This document shows, in pieces, positions 1 through 14,844 of a stretch of 64,000 bases of DNA. This DNA comes from Eledone cirrhosa (lineage: Eukaryota). The position numbers and the translations under genes are program-made. The stretch is from the NCBI GenBank assembly GCA_964016885.1, contig OZ024742.1:155372001-155436000 (forward strand), read 5' to 3'. The notes under the pieces were generated by a model. The model was given only the letters and a program-made list of their open reading frames with translations. It was not told where the DNA came from and did no database searches. Each line of letters begins with the position of its first letter. Position 1 is the stretch's first letter.

Positions 1-40
1 TAACCAAAATATTGTAAAACAAATTCAAATATATATATAT

Positions 41-98
41 GTCTGGTGCCCCAGCATGGCCTCAGCCGGATGGATGGAATATTTAAAAGAATAAAAGA
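41..98 (+). mobile_element. 3' tail fragment of an octopus-type SINE
   Basis: gtgccccagcatggcc...aaaagaataaaaga resembles the common octopus SINE tail as I recall it; not searched. Confidence 0.45.
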
Positions 99-3000
99 TG
101 TATATATATATATAATCTGTCAAAAAATTTACGGCATGCATGCTCAACATTTCCTGCTCCCTGTCTCTATGTTTAGCTCCTTCACATAAACTTACACACA
201 TATAAGTATGTATCTCAGTGTGCCTCTGCGTGTGTGTGATTGTTACATTTATACATCAGTTACCTAAATATTCATAACGATGCTATTATTTTTAATAGCA
301 CGAATGTCTCTTGTTCAACATGAATCAACAATTTAGTGAGGTGCTTATATATTTATAATATAGAACGTTAATGTTACAGGAAATTAAGAAATAAACAAAT
401 AAATACTGGTCGACGCTTTCCTCGTTGGTGACTTTATCAATTGAAATTCATATCAGTAATATTCATAGGCATAGGCGTAAATATTGTCTTACCTCCACCA
501 TAGAATATGTTGTAAATTATGAGCATCTTTATTCAGACACCTGCACACATTTGTCTATTCACTCAGTGTTCATTCATGGATTAGGCTCGCTGGCATATCT
601 AAGCCCGTAAATAGGAAAACATTTAAGAGTCAGTCATACATTTGTTCAGCTCAATAAAGAAAATATCTTGATATTCTATTAAAAGCCTCTTTCTTTTCAA
701 GTATCTCATAGCTAATATGTTTCTAGTTAGCATGGATATTACACTTGCTTCTACAATATTCGGTAATTTTATCCGCAAGGGATACATATTCAATTTATAC
801 ATCAATGTATTACCCCTAATTGTCATATACATCATGGAAAATGTGTAATGGTCATGAAATATAATTTTCCTCTAACATATACTTGTATAAATGGCATGTG
901 TTGAAAATATAAATAGATAGACCTTTAAAACTCATAACAGATATAGCATATTTGATTTTTTCACATATATCGATACACTTCATCAAAAAGTATAATCATA
1001 ATTGTTAATATATACATGTTTTCACGCCCCCATCAAAACAAATACATTTACATATATATGAATGTATTCAAAATTGTATAATACTAAACTATTGAATATA
1101 TCTTTCATGCATTACTAATTTATGCAACATTTCAAGAAAATATTAAAATGATGACGCAAAAGCGCTGCTTTCAAATATTATATATAGCTTTGTATATTTC
1201 ATAATGATTAAATTTATGTTATTGTACAGTAAATATATATGATCCCAGTAAATAAGAGATTTTCGATAACATTCTAGACGGGATTTATTAACAACAACGG
1301 ATAATCAGAAAGAGAAATTAACTAAAACTTCAGTTTATCTGATGACTGGGAAAGGTGAAGAAAATATATAGTGTCTTGCTCGGGCATCAAATATTTCCTC
1401 ATGATGAGAATCATCATTAATTGATTGGATATACAGTATACTGAGATTGACTTTTGCCAATAATATCTTGCTAGGTATTAAATTGCATTTTCTTATAATT
1501 TATCAATATTTTCCATATAGCAATATGTTAACAAAAGAATAATATTAACATAATATACATAGAATAATCTATTTATACAAACACGCATTATATCGTGTTA
1601 GGTTGTAAAAAAGATAGTCAATTTGGATAACAAAGTAATGTTTTACCCAGTATATTCTAACACGATAATTGTATCATTTCCCTTTCACATTGTAATAACA
1701 TGTTGAATGTATCTCCTTTATTATCCTTTTCTATATGTCTAACGCATTGGATCGGCTTTTTGGAATATATAAATATATACATTAGAGGGATATATATATA
1801 TATATATATACAATATTAAATAAATGGAAACTATATTTATAAAACCATATTTATTTCATTATATATATTTCAGGGATATCATATTAACAATATGCTATGC
1901 CTTCCTCAGACAAAATACAATATAAACAGTTTTATAGATAAATAGATTCGACATACCGTAACAACATCGACTTTTATTTAATCTGTTTGGTATGATGCTT
2001 TCTCTTCAAACATCTCTCCATTTAGCATTCACTCAGCAAAAGCATCTGGAATTATAACATTTAATTTAGTTCACATGCGGGAAAAACGATAATTTTCCAC
2101 ATTATTAGAGAATCAATTATTTAATTGTGATTCTCTCGCTTAAATCAAAGAAGGAATAACTAACTAAAGTAATAAAAATAAGATTGAAAGGTTGCCAGTA
2201 GTGGAAGGACGAATTTCCTAATAAGGATGAACAATTGATTTATACTGCCTAATAGAAGACAAATGTTAGCCAAAGAATGCAGAAAGAATGTAAAGGAAAG
2301 TGAAATAAAATAGGGAATGCAACTACAAGACAACATAAGAATGACGAGAACAATTTGAACTAGAGCAAATCAACTATCAATTAGTGTTCTCTGATTTGAT
2401 TACGTTTGATTTCGCTTTTCGAAGTTTTTCCGAATAACATTGCTGAGTTAATATTGAATTGTATCTCGAAGAATTAAGTTGTATGATTTTCATTCTAATG
2501 TCATTTTCACAAACAATGCTTTTAACTAATTTATGATATTAATCAGTGGTTAAACAGTGATTAATTCTTGTTCTCATTTAGGCTTTCACTGCTTTTTTTT
2601 AGTAATTTAGTAATTTAAATTTTTACAGAAACACGAATGTCTAGGTTCCGTATGGTTTTGTTTCGGTAATATTTTCCATTTAATTCCTCTTTTTACTTAA
2701 TATAGCATATCAATTGTTTGATTAAAACAAAAAGTCCATAAACATTGGAAAGGGTGCTGTATTTTCTCCTTTGACAAAACCATAGGAAAAGTGTCATTTA
2801 CATTCTACACGCTTAAGGACGTTCAGAATTTCAAATAATTCATCATACAAACGACGCTACGTTCATGCGTATATTCAGCTTTAGAAAATTACTAAAGACA
2901 ATTATTAAGACAAAAGGCAAAACCTAAAAACGAGACATGAGTAGCGGCAACAGAGAAACGGTCAGTATGTTCTATGTACCATTAAATATAATGTGTGACG

Positions 3001-3306
3001 TGAATTGGTTTCGACATAAAATCGAAGACCGATTTCAACCTACTTTCGCAGCAAGCATTAGAAATCTTTCTAACCGCTTCTATGTCACGTGGATTTACTT
3101 TTTTCATTATGGTGTCTTCAACATAAACGAATATAATCCTATAGTCTGCATATCTATCTCTCAATGACTCCGTCCCTCCGCTTTCTCTGTCTCTATCATT
3201 TTTCTCTATATATATATACATATATACACACATAAACAATATATATTATATATATATATACGTGCATACATAAACACACACACACACACACACAAATATA
3301 TATATA

Positions 3307-3413
3307 ACGGAGGAGTTGTGGTAAGATACCAGATGGACCATAACGCACAAGAGTACTCAATACATAGGGTAGTAGAGTCATAGGGTAGTAGGGTAATAGG
3401 TCATACATTCACC
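3307..3413. repeat. (TA)n-bounded non-coding module, family B
   Basis: Homologous to 4081-4163 (inverted), 9479-9582, 10793-10871 (inverted) and 28654-28865; each copy abuts a TA tract. Confidence 0.75.
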
Positions 3414-3614
3414 TATATATATATATATATATATAGTATTAAGGATACTATTTATGGTTATGTATACAATAAAACCTTTTATGGTTATATATATTTTAAA
3501 CCCTAAATAGTGAAAGACAGTAATTCATTACTATCTTATTACCAGTAAGATAAATAACTCAATGTAATAACATCAGTTGTTTTACAGAGCAGTATGTTAT
3601 AAATCACTAAATAG

Positions 3615-3663
3615 TTGCTCCGAAGAACACAAACCTCAGTTTGGAGGAAACAATTCTAAGCAA
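3615..3663 (+). ncRNA. Degenerate minimal hammerhead ribozyme
   Basis: ttgct-CCGAAGA-acacaaac/gtttggag-GAAA-caattc-TA-agcaa; stem I is intact, the core has U4>C and stem III is broken. Confidence 0.4.
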
Positions 3664-3699
3664 ATAAATGATTTAAACTGAACTTTGATTAATGTAATT

Positions 3700-3738
<39 letters not shown>

Positions 3739-3798
3739 TAAGTGTAATGAATTCTTTTACAATGGAATTAGCTCAAAAGGAAATATTCCTGAGCCGTG

Positions 3799-3944
3799 TA
3801 TAAAAGTAATATATATGAGTAATATATATGATGAAACAGATACCAACACATCTGTATTTATATTGCAAAAGAAAATGTTCTTTTGCAATATAAATACAGA
3901 TGTGTTGGTATCTGTTTCATCATATATATTACTCATATATATTA

Positions 3945-3952
<8 letters not shown>
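3799..3952. repeat. Perfect palindrome, ~75-bp arms with 4-nt loop
   Basis: 3799-3873 is the reverse complement of 3878-3952; loop aatg. Confidence 0.9.
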
Positions 3953-3995
<43 letters not shown>

Positions 3996-3999
<4 letters not shown>

Positions 4000-4055
4000 A
4001 GATCCTTTAAGGGTGAAAGCAGCGATTATTTGCTAAAACTTTAATCTATTATTTA
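3996..4055 (+). mobile_element. 3' terminal fragment of the Naiad-like Penelope family
   Basis: cagaagatcc...gtgaaagcagcgatt...aaactttaatc matches 58691-58745 and the reverse of 42660-42713. Confidence 0.7.
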
Positions 4056-4372
4056 TAACCCCGTCAGGGTTATACATTTTCCTATTACCCACTCTTCTAA
4101 CCTAAGTATTGAGTACTCTGGTGCGTTATAGTCCATCTGGTCCCTTGCCACACTTCCTTCGTTATATATATATATATACATTTTATTAAGGTGAAAAATA
4201 ATGTTACTATGGAGGTTCACCTATATTTTACAGGTTCATTCGTCAAGATGTCAGTGTGATAGTGAAGCAAAATTCAAGAGTAACAAAACTCACAATCTAG
4301 ATTTAATAAAATTAATATTGTATCTTTACTTCAGCATTGAGTACGCTTTTCTCTCAGCCATCAACCACATAT

Positions 4373-4464
<92 letters not shown>

Positions 4465-4816
4465 AAAATCAATATGTTATGAAAAATATGATTAGAAACA
4501 CGTATTTATTCTCTGAATATTCGTTTAGTAACATTGTATTGCGAGGGTTTGACAGGAGAAACTAGTATCTCGTAGACGGTGTGCTATAAATCAGTTATGA
4601 AAGGGCATCCTAGAATATATAATTAAGAATATTTTTCTGATCACACAATTTGAATTTGAATTCCTCATTTATAAGTACTACGTGAAAAATGTTGGGTTAA
4701 CACCTAGAATAGGACTCATATACATATTTTGAGAAAACTATTAGGCAAGCTGCCTCTTCATTAACAGTTACTTAATCACTCCAACGACAAGGGAAATCTA
4801 CTTTATATGTGTATGC

Positions 4817-4863
<47 letters not shown>

Positions 4864-4950
4864 GAAGTTATATTTAATTTGTTGGGATTCAACAAGCTTA
4901 AAACAATTTTTTTCCGGGTATGTGAATATTTATTTATAAAAAAAATCTGC

Positions 4951-5015
4951 ATTTTATCTGATGAAAGCGCAAAATAATTTGCCTTGGTTGCCCTTGAAAT
5001 ATAAAATAATAAAAT
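4951..5015 (+). ncRNA. Minimal type-I hammerhead ribozyme
   Basis: attttat-CTGATGA-aagcgcaa...ttgccctt-GAAA-tataaaa-TA-ataaaat: 7-bp stem I, 7/8-bp stem II, intact core, inside a TA-bounded module (4861-5050). Confidence 0.7.
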
Positions 5016-5248
5016 ATATTTGGTTTTATAAATATAGTTTCAATTTATTAATATATTGTATATACATATATATATATATATTTATATATATATGAAGGAT
5101 GATATGTTATGTCTTCATTACATTCATGGAGTAGTGACGCGCCTTTCACTATTGATCAGCTCAAGGTTCGTTCTGCATAGATGTAGACCGTCTCGCATCT
5201 CTGTTGTGCGAACGACATCGATTGCTTACAATAACTGGACGTCAAAAT

Positions 5249-5352
<104 letters not shown>

Positions 5353-5744
5353 ACAGGGAGAAAGAGACGATTATGAGGAAGAAAAATATATACAGTATAA
5401 TCGAGGGTTTTCACGCGCCTTTTGGAGGATTTGGTATTGTCTGGTCAGTGGGCGTTCACACCACGATTTGCCATTTGCAAGGTGATGAGGCTGTGTTTCA
5501 TTTACCCTACTCACCAGACTGGGTATGTGTCTATGTGAGTGCATATGAGACGTATTCAAATATCGTCTCAAACTATGCAGTAGCTAATCGCCAGAAAATC
5601 ATATCATTATGTGCCCTATATGTTTTACATACATCTGGGGTTTTGGAGTGAAGAAACGACTAACAAACAGACACAAACAAATATATGTATATATATACGT
5701 GTGTATGTGTATGTGTGTGTGTGTCTGTGTGTATATAAATGCAA

Positions 5745-5807
<63 letters not shown>

Positions 5808-5808
<1 letters not shown>

Positions 5809-6200
5809 TAGGGCGAGTAAAATTCCCGAGATCCCTGGACGAGATTTCTCCAGCGGTCTCTGTCCCTCATTATCGCTGCCATGTCCTGCGTCTCCAACAG
5901 ACCAGTGTCTGTCCTTAGGGCATCAACATACGTTAACCTTGCTCTTTCTCTTCCAGTGTGTCCATGTAGGGCCTCCCAGGAGCACTGAGTGCAATGTCAA
6001 CTCTGGATGTCGGTGAGCATGTCCAACTAACCTCAATCTCCCCTGTGTCACTTTTGAGCTGACTTTTGGGAGGCTCCCATACAGCTCTGAAAGTTTCATC
6101 CTCAATGTTTACTGATTAATGTCAAGAGCCATCCTCAGCATTCTCGTGTAGCACCCATCCACCAACTGAGTGAGTTTCTTACAGCAGCACAGACTCCACT
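5808..6200 (-). mobile_element. RTE-clade LINE 3' fragment (C-terminal ORF relic)
   Basis: Minus-strand ...DGCYTRMLRMAL...LYGSLPKVSSKV...RLRLVGHAHRHPEL, typical of the RTE/RTE-X C-terminus; has stops and frameshifts. Confidence 0.75.
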
Positions 6201-6365
6201 ATATATATATTTATCTCTCTCTCTCTCTCTCTCTCGTTCTTATATATATATATATATACATATATACAAGGAGTAGAAACAACTAACAAACAGACACAAA
6301 CAAATATATATATATATGTGTGTGTGTATACATATATAAGTAAACATATATATATATTTATTCAT

Positions 6366-6506
6366 AAAAAAAAACAGATTAAAGTTTAAGTAAAGAATCG
6401 CTGCTTTCACCATTAACGGGATCTTCTGAAACTGTGTAAAGTTTCAGAAGATCACGTTAAGTGTGAAAGCAGCGATTCTTTGCTTAAAATTTAATCTTTT
6501 TTTTTA
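6366..6506. repeat. Head-to-head hairpin of two Naiad-like 3' termini
   Basis: ~65-bp inverted arms around tgtgtaaa; arms match the termini at 56300-56360 and 58690-58750. Confidence 0.8.
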
Positions 6507-6765
6507 AGATAAATATTTGCTCTACTGTTCTTATATATCTGCTTTATATTCATCCATATCTAGCCCTCTTTGGATTTTAGTCTTCAAATGTATTATTATT
6601 ACCATATATATATGTTTGCATATATATGTACAACCACACACACACAAATACACACACACATACATATATATATATTTGTTTGTGTATGTTGTTAGTCGTT
6701 TTTACCCCTTGTATATATATATATATAATAAGAAAGAGAAAGAGAGAGAGAGAGATAGAAAGAGA

Positions 6766-6882
<117 letters not shown>

Positions 6883-7029
6883 GGATGTTACTAACAGGAA
6901 TAGACGAAATACGTGAAAGTATCAAAAGTATATATATGAGAGCAAGGCATGCAGTCTTTTTGTGTGCGTAGATAAATTATTATTGTGAAGCGTATAGTGC
7001 AGTTATTGAAGCACACACAAAATAGGAAA

Positions 7030-7190
7030 ACAGGAACTCAAATATTGGAAATTTCAATGTGAATATCTACTCTGCCTGCCAGCTGCCATTCACAGGTGAG
7101 AGCAATATATTGATTCAGACTGAGAATTATAATTCATAGAGAAATGGTGCCATCTTCCGAAATGTGTGTTTGCACACAAGACAACATTAC
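7030..7190 (+). mobile_element. Possible decayed LINE AP-endonuclease N-terminus
   Basis: NIGNFNV...VCTQD resembles APE IGTFNV...ICIQE motifs. Confidence 0.35.
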
Positions 7191-7218
7191 TGAAATGTCA
7201 TATATGCAAACTTGTGTG

Positions 7219-7318
<100 letters not shown>

Positions 7319-7380
7319 GAGAGAGAGAGATACATAGATAGATAGATAACTATATATATAGTTATCTATCTATCTATGTA

Positions 7381-7463
<83 letters not shown>

Positions 7464-7610
7464 GTGAAAGCTTAGCAAAATCGAAGCTTTGGTTATGGCC
7501 AAGCTAACGACCTACAATTAGAAATGACCAGCATACCACTCAATAAGTTAGTAGCCCTTAGAGTAATAAAATGAGTTTAGACAGCTTGACAAATTGAAAA
7601 TTGCGGCAAG

Positions 7611-7654
<44 letters not shown>

Positions 7655-7674
7655 ATATATATACACACACATAC

Positions 7675-7822
<148 letters not shown>

Positions 7823-8031
7823 CCAGATGGGATATTCAATTTGTTGGTAATTCAACAAATATATATGTTTATAACTGATTTAGGGCACTCTACAAGTTGT
7901 CTGGACTATAATATACAATGATATTAAATAAATGGAGACTATATTTATAAAACCATATTTATTCTATTATATATATTTCAAGGATAAATTCAACCGTTAA
8001 GGTATATTCTCCTTGGTTATGTCAACATTTA

Positions 8032-8490
8032 TAAAACACCCCACCTGAACTTACTGCGCATATATTCAGTGATGACGTCCCTCACGCCGGACTTCTGCCC
8101 GATGACTTCTCTCCTGATGTGCTCTCTCAACGAGATTCCTAGCATTGATATGTCCATGACTCTTTGAGCCGTTACCAGCCTCTGCTCTTTTCTTTTAGTT
8201 GTAGCCCAAGTTTCACTGCCATATAACATTGCAGGTAAAACTGTGCTATTGAAGAGGTTGGCGCCGGTGGTATTGACCAACCTCCCCTTGAGCACATCCC
8301 TTATGCCGTTAAACGTCTTCCATCCGACCCTTACTCTCCACGAGTTCTCCCTCTCAATGTTCACTTCTAATCCTAGGTAGACGTATTCCTCCACCTCCTC
8401 TATTTCATCATCGCCAACCACCATCAAAGGCTCTGCAGTAGGCCTCAAGATGAACCGCATGAACACGAAGCTCATGCGGTCCGACAACGT
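8032..8490 (-). mobile_element. RTE-clade LINE fragment (RT thumb region)
   Basis: ORF 8029-8487: IEEVEEYVYLG...RVGWKTF...LFNSTVLPAMLYGSETW. Confidence 0.85.
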
Positions 8491-8524
8491 ACCAACATGT
8501 CAACATATGTATATATATATATGT

Positions 8525-8733
8525 ATTAGTAAAAGGAAAAGAAAATGCTGACAAATTTTTCCCAGTGAAAAATAGTTTAATTAGGAATATGTTAAAATTA
8601 GTAATAAGAATTAGTTAGCATTCAACTAAAACTGAATACTAAGTGATACTTATTACTAATTTATACTTATTCCTAATTAAACTACTTTTCAATGGGAAAA
8701 ATGTGTCAGCATTTTCTTTTCCTTTTTCCTAAT
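8525..8733. repeat. Hairpin of module family C
   Basis: ~100-bp inverted arms bounded by TA; homologous to 17330-17482 and 54298-54400. Confidence 0.8.
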
Positions 8734-9213
8734 ATATCACAAGTCCTGTGTCACAGCTCTATTTTATATATATATATATACAATGATCGGAATCAAAGTA
8801 TTCCGGAGTTCACAGTAATAATAATATTAGCTCGAAGAAGAACAGAGAATGTTCATCTGAGCTCAAATACAAATATATTACCCAGTGAGAAGTGTGTTAC
8901 TCAGTGAGATGTGTGTAAAAAATGATTACATGTGAGTTACTGTATGGAGAACAACACCTACAAGTCAGAATCAAATCAACACTAAGTCAGAATCAAATCT
9001 CTGAAGTAGAGTTTTAAATTGCTAACCTTATAACTATAATCTTGCTGATACGAATTTATTCCGTTTTACCACAGAAATGTGCTGTGTAACAGCCCATAGG
9101 ATCCTCAGTCAGCCTCCATACAGTAACGGTTAAACTCACATATAATATTTTTTTACACACTGATACTATCAGTCGCAACTCCAGGTAGAATGATCAACAC
9201 GTTCACGAAAGTT

Positions 9214-9417
9214 GTGAAGGCATGTGCTAACAGAATTGGATTCGCAATCGTGAGCTTGTGAGCTTTCTTCCCGGACCGGGTGATGCGTTATGTCCTTGGG
9301 CAAGACACTTTATTCACGTTGCTCCTCCTACCTTCAACCGATATAGTATATTAGCAATTTGAAAGACCAATGGAAACATTGTTTCTTCGTTCTGATTTGA
9401 CGAAAATCGCTCGACTG

Positions 9418-9420
<3 letters not shown>
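9214..9420 (+). mobile_element. tRNA-derived SINE, family 1
   Basis: tRNA-like head followed by gtccttgggcaagacacttt core; colinear with the inverted copy at 52275-52493. Confidence 0.75.
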
Positions 9421-9480
<60 letters not shown>

Positions 9481-9600
9481 CGAAGGAAATGTGGTAAGGA
9501 ACCAGGTGGACCTAACGCTCATTTTAGTCCAGAATTAGCCGTCGAAACGGCTTGAGCTCAGCTGTCGGGGTCTTACTGGTTCCTATATATATATATATAT

Positions 9601-10359
9601 ATGAAAGACGTAAAATAAGAAAATTATAAAAATTAACTTACTTACTAAAATTTCACTCCAACTAATTAGTTTCTGAAAGGGAATAAACATAGTTTCCGAA
9701 GAAACGTACGGAGAAGCCTTTCGTAATCAGGGAAGTCTATTCTCAGCTAAGTTACCAGGCAATGCATGGAAACAGGGAACTTATACAAAAATAATTCACT
9801 GGATGGAAAAAAGCAAAGCGTGGTCTAAGTTCCAAGCCATTGAAAAATCACTGCCTACTGCGTCGGTGGCAAATTCAAAAGAATAAATCACGTGACATCG
9901 AGGTTAATCAGTGAGGAGTGTTTTGTTAAGAAGACAGCAGCCGAACCGTTACTATGAACTATAGTAGCAGTTTTGGCCAATTTTGGCTCGACAAAATAAT
10001 TTGGAGATAATTATAAAGAATTAGTATATCTACTAACATATATATACAGATACATACCTATGCCAGCAAATATATAGGTTTTGTCTTGGTAACTTTGTGG
10101 TTCAATGCATGGGGATGCAGAACAATAATATGAAAGACGTAAAATAAGAAAATTATAAAAATTAACTTACTTACTAAAATTTCACTCCAACTAATTAGTT
10201 TCTGAAAGGGAATAAACATAGTTTCCGAAGAAACGTACGGAGTAACCTTTCATCATCAGGGAAGTCCATTCTCAACTAAGTTTCCAGGCAATGCGTGGAC
10301 ACAGGGAACTTATACAAAAATTATTCAGTGGATGGAAAAAAGCAAAGCGTGGACTAAGT
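9601..10359 (-). mobile_element. Non-coding partial tandem (529-bp unit, 230-bp direct repeats) carrying hammerheads; retrozyme- or Penelope-pLTR-like
   Basis: 9601-9830 is repeated at 10130-10359; TA tracts on both sides; hammerhead in each repeat; no ORF. Confidence 0.7.
10184..10265 (-). ncRNA. Type-I hammerhead ribozyme (second copy at 9655-9736 has a mutated core)
   Basis: Minus strand: acttcc-CTGATGA-tgaaagg...cctttca-GAAA-ctaattag-TT-ggagt; 7-bp stem II and palindromic stem III. Confidence 0.75.
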
Positions 10360-10365
10360 ACTTCG

Positions 10366-10459
<94 letters not shown>

Positions 10460-10627
10460 GTCAATACTCATCTTTTACCATTTCTCTGAGGGTTCTAAAC
10501 ACCCACTATCAGGGTAAAATTGATTTACTAAAAAAATACGGTGAAAGCTTCTATTTTCTAATTTCAAAGTTGCTCACTGTTTCAAAAACATACTTACATA
10601 TATATATATATATACATATATGTAAGT

Positions 10628-10715
<88 letters not shown>

Positions 10716-10870
10716 AGTATGTTTTATATTCATATATATATATAAATGAAAATGTGTGGGTGTGTATGTGTGTATATATATATATACACACATTACCCAC
10801 TCTACTAACCTAAGTATTGAGTACTCTGTTGCGTCATGGTCAATCTTGTTCCTTACCACAATTACTTCGT

Positions 10871-11028
<158 letters not shown>

Positions 11029-12804
11029 TATATATATATTCTTGGGTTTGAAGCCAAAAGGTCAAGGTTAAACAATTTCGCTCGTACAATAGTGTATGTT
11101 GTCTCGAAATGCATTAAAGCTGCAAAGTCAAAATGCCAAAGTTTGCGTGGACTTATAAAACTCACTTTGTGATGCGGCACCAACATGTAGTGTTTTAGAG
11201 CATCTGCTATATAACACTCCGGGATGTTGTATTATTTCCTAAAACGATAACGAACAGATTATCTATGTTGTTTTTGTTCAGCTTTTACTGTCAAATGTTT
11301 GCCGAAAACCACACGACACTTTGTATGGGTCGCCTAAAAATTGCGTACATCTTAATTCACCCATATTTTTCTTAGGTCAATATATAAATCGAGTGGAGAA
11401 GGATCAGGCGTATTACTTTGATTATGTTTAGACCGATGGTGTCATCGGGGATATTACTTTCTAACGTAGAGTGTTTGTTTTTGTTTACTTTATATTTGAT
11501 AGACACATATCTGCAAATATTTCCAAGCTTTAGCCAACTAAGTGCTATGATGTTTTGATAACATTAACTTCGATTATCTTGACTACACAAATCAAAACAG
11601 GTTATGAACTGAAGTAAATATAGCTAAATACAATTCCTTGCATTACCTTGCATTACCTTAGTCATGCATGTACAGTATTCGCGATATAATGCTTCGGTAA
11701 ATTGAAATTCAGTGTGTCCTTACAACACAGGGAGGTCTCACTGTGCTAAAAGTAATCCCCCCGCCTAACATCGATTATTTCAGCATATATCTAAGAGGTG
11801 ATGTACGAAAGCCTCCTACAATTAATCCTCTGAGGCTACGTTTAATTGGCCAGTATTGATTAGGAGGCAAACATATGGCACTAAGGAATCACGGTACATA
11901 ATCTTGCGAACACAAATATGATTCCTTAAATCTAACATTACAAAATGATTTAGTAGATGACTACATAGAAAATCTTTATAAATTTACTTACTAAAATGTT
12001 TAGCTGCTTCCCAAAATAGATAACCTTTATATCACAATAAATTCTTAAAAAGTATTTAACAATATCATTTTACTTATTGTGTATTATTGAGCTGCATCGA
12101 ATTCCGCTAGTATAAGAAAGTTTCATCTTAGGGGGAGACGATCAATTACATGATTTCAAATTTACACAAAATGTTTCTTTATTCTAGTGAAATATAGAAT
12201 ATTTGTACGTCATGTAGCCTTATCACTAAGCCACCATATGTGATAAGTAAAATGAAGACATTATATATAGATATAGATATGTATGTGTGTGTGTGTGTAT
12301 GTATGTGTGTGTGCGTGCGTATGCGTGTGTGTTAATGTCGTAAAACAATAAGAACATCTAATATGTGCTTGGATAATGATAACTGTAATTTTTTTATTAC
12401 AAAAATGTCTATAAGAATGCTGTATCACAATGTATAAATTATACATGACAATTGTCTTTCTGATACATCATTTAACAGCACTTAAGATAATGCATGCGCC
12501 TACAAATAAACAATCTTTATCACATTTTTCCCTGTGGGATTGTCACTTATTTGATATAAGAACACCTGTACACCATACTCACTTTTCGGTCTCATTGATA
12601 ACCGTCTCAGTAAACGATTAAATTGAAATAAGCATAAATTTAAATGGCACTTCAGTATAAAGAAGGCTTTATTTCATAAGAGTTGTCTATTGATTTTGTA
12701 TTATATTGACGGATTATTTACGGCATCAAAACCGGCTACAAATGCTCAAACCATTGGAGATTCAACAACGTCTAGTTTTATTTTGTCAAGAAATGAGTTT
12801 ATAT

Positions 12805-12900
12805 CGTGTCGAGGTTAGTTCGCCTTTCATCCTTTCGTGATTAGTAAGATACCAGTAACACACTGAGGTCGATTATTTTTATTTTCCCCAGTCTTAATCA
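12805..12900 (+). mobile_element. Decayed SINE family 2 fragment
   Basis: gaggttagttcgcctttcatcctttc...taccagtaacacactgaggtcgat. Confidence 0.55.
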
Positions 12901-13880
12901 GAAATCATTATAATGCCAAAATATTATCAGTGATAAACAACGTTTTATATTTTATGGAAATTGTTATGCATCATTGCATTAAATTAAGTTAATTGTTTGC
13001 AAGAAACAATCATTTTCAAAATGCTATGCCGACAACAACACTACATGGTTGTGGAATTCAAGTAGTTTCTGTTCTCAATGTACAATTGGATCCCATTTCA
13101 AGAATACATGTGTAAAAGGAATTTAGCCTCTTCTATATGATGAATGAATAATCTCAACGCCGTATATTTATTTCATATTATAGCAGGAATATAACGGATT
13201 GAGTCGTTGCTATTAAGAAAGGCAAATATACATGCAAATATATAAAAATATATAAAAATAGAATATTACAAATAGTAAAAGTTCAGGCTTTGAGAGAACA
13301 AAAGATGTAGAATTAAAAGTGAAAATTACAGAAATAAGTAAAATAATTCTGTTTAACTATCAGCCATTAAGAGAATATATATGATGAATTCATTTCATTA
13401 ATATTTAAGATTGATGTTTTATAAAGCCAAAAGAATGAAGAAAATGCAGAGAGAATTTATGGCAGCTAAAAATAAATTTAAATGAGCGAGAGACAGCCGA
13501 AATAGAGAGAGAAGTGGGAATACGTTGAGAAAATTTCAGAAATTCTATTAAAAAAGTTCGTAGAATTTTCTTAAGGAAATCATCGAGGGAAAGAAAATAT
13601 GATCGATAAATTATATTAAGTGGGGGCATGGGGAGGATATCGTAAAAGCAATGAATAAAATTTAACTGCAATTAACTCAATCGAAACTATCAGTGAGTTG
13701 TGATAAATAGGAAATATATCGTTCAAATTGTCTATTTTATAGTTTGCTCAGCAAAAAAGAAGTAACAGAATGAAAAGGTAAAAGTAAACTGAATCATGTT
13801 CTGTATACATTTCTATATGATTTCTCTAACTTTCATATTTTCGTGTATAGATACGTGTATGTGTGGATGTCCCATTGTTT

Positions 13881-13945
<65 letters not shown>

Positions 13946-13973
13946 ATATATATCACTCTCTCTCTCTATTTCC

Positions 13974-14072
<99 letters not shown>

Positions 14073-14796
14073 TACTCTATACTATGTTAACGCATATGTA
14101 AAATTGAAATTAAGTTGCAGTTTATGTGAAGGATTGTAGAATATGAACATTGGTTATGACATGCAAGCTGTTAGAATACAGGTTAAATTTTAGATATTGC
14201 TACAAAATCCGCCGAAGAAAAAATATAGTTGTGGTTAAGGAGAGAAGAGGAAGAGAAACAAGGATCAGAGCAATTTTTACCACAAAATATATATATCTGT
14301 CGCAATATCTTTCAGATGTCAACGAATCAAAATCGAACCTCGAAGAATCCATGAGAGGACGTGCCTCTCTCTGGCTCATTGTTTGAGGAGGATCTGACTG
14401 AAATGCATAGACAATAACTTATTATTCAACAATCGTTACTTTCCCAACGCTTCTAAAATACGATGCCTGTATACGCATATTTATGAAGGGAGCTGAAATG
14501 AAAAAGGATGTATAATGTTCATATTTGATATCCAGCGGCAATCCCGCCTCACGAGATGCCTTAACAATATGCTTGGTAGATGACTTATCAATATGGATCG
14601 TTTTCCTCTCATGAAAATGAATATGAAATGTTGTCTTGCTCAAGATCACAACATATTTTAAGGTCCAGAAATAATACACGCTCATATAAGTTCATTAGAA
14701 AGACACCCTAACCACTAGACAACATATGCATAAACATTTTGTTCAAATCGCGGATTCGCCTTCAGTGATAGTACGAGTGAAATGTTCCAAGTTTCT

Positions 14797-14844
<48 letters not shown>

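Noticed and set aside
6972-7094. Apparent exon with AG acceptor and CAG|GTGAG donor
   Set aside because: Stops in all three frames; better explained as a decayed LINE endonuclease start
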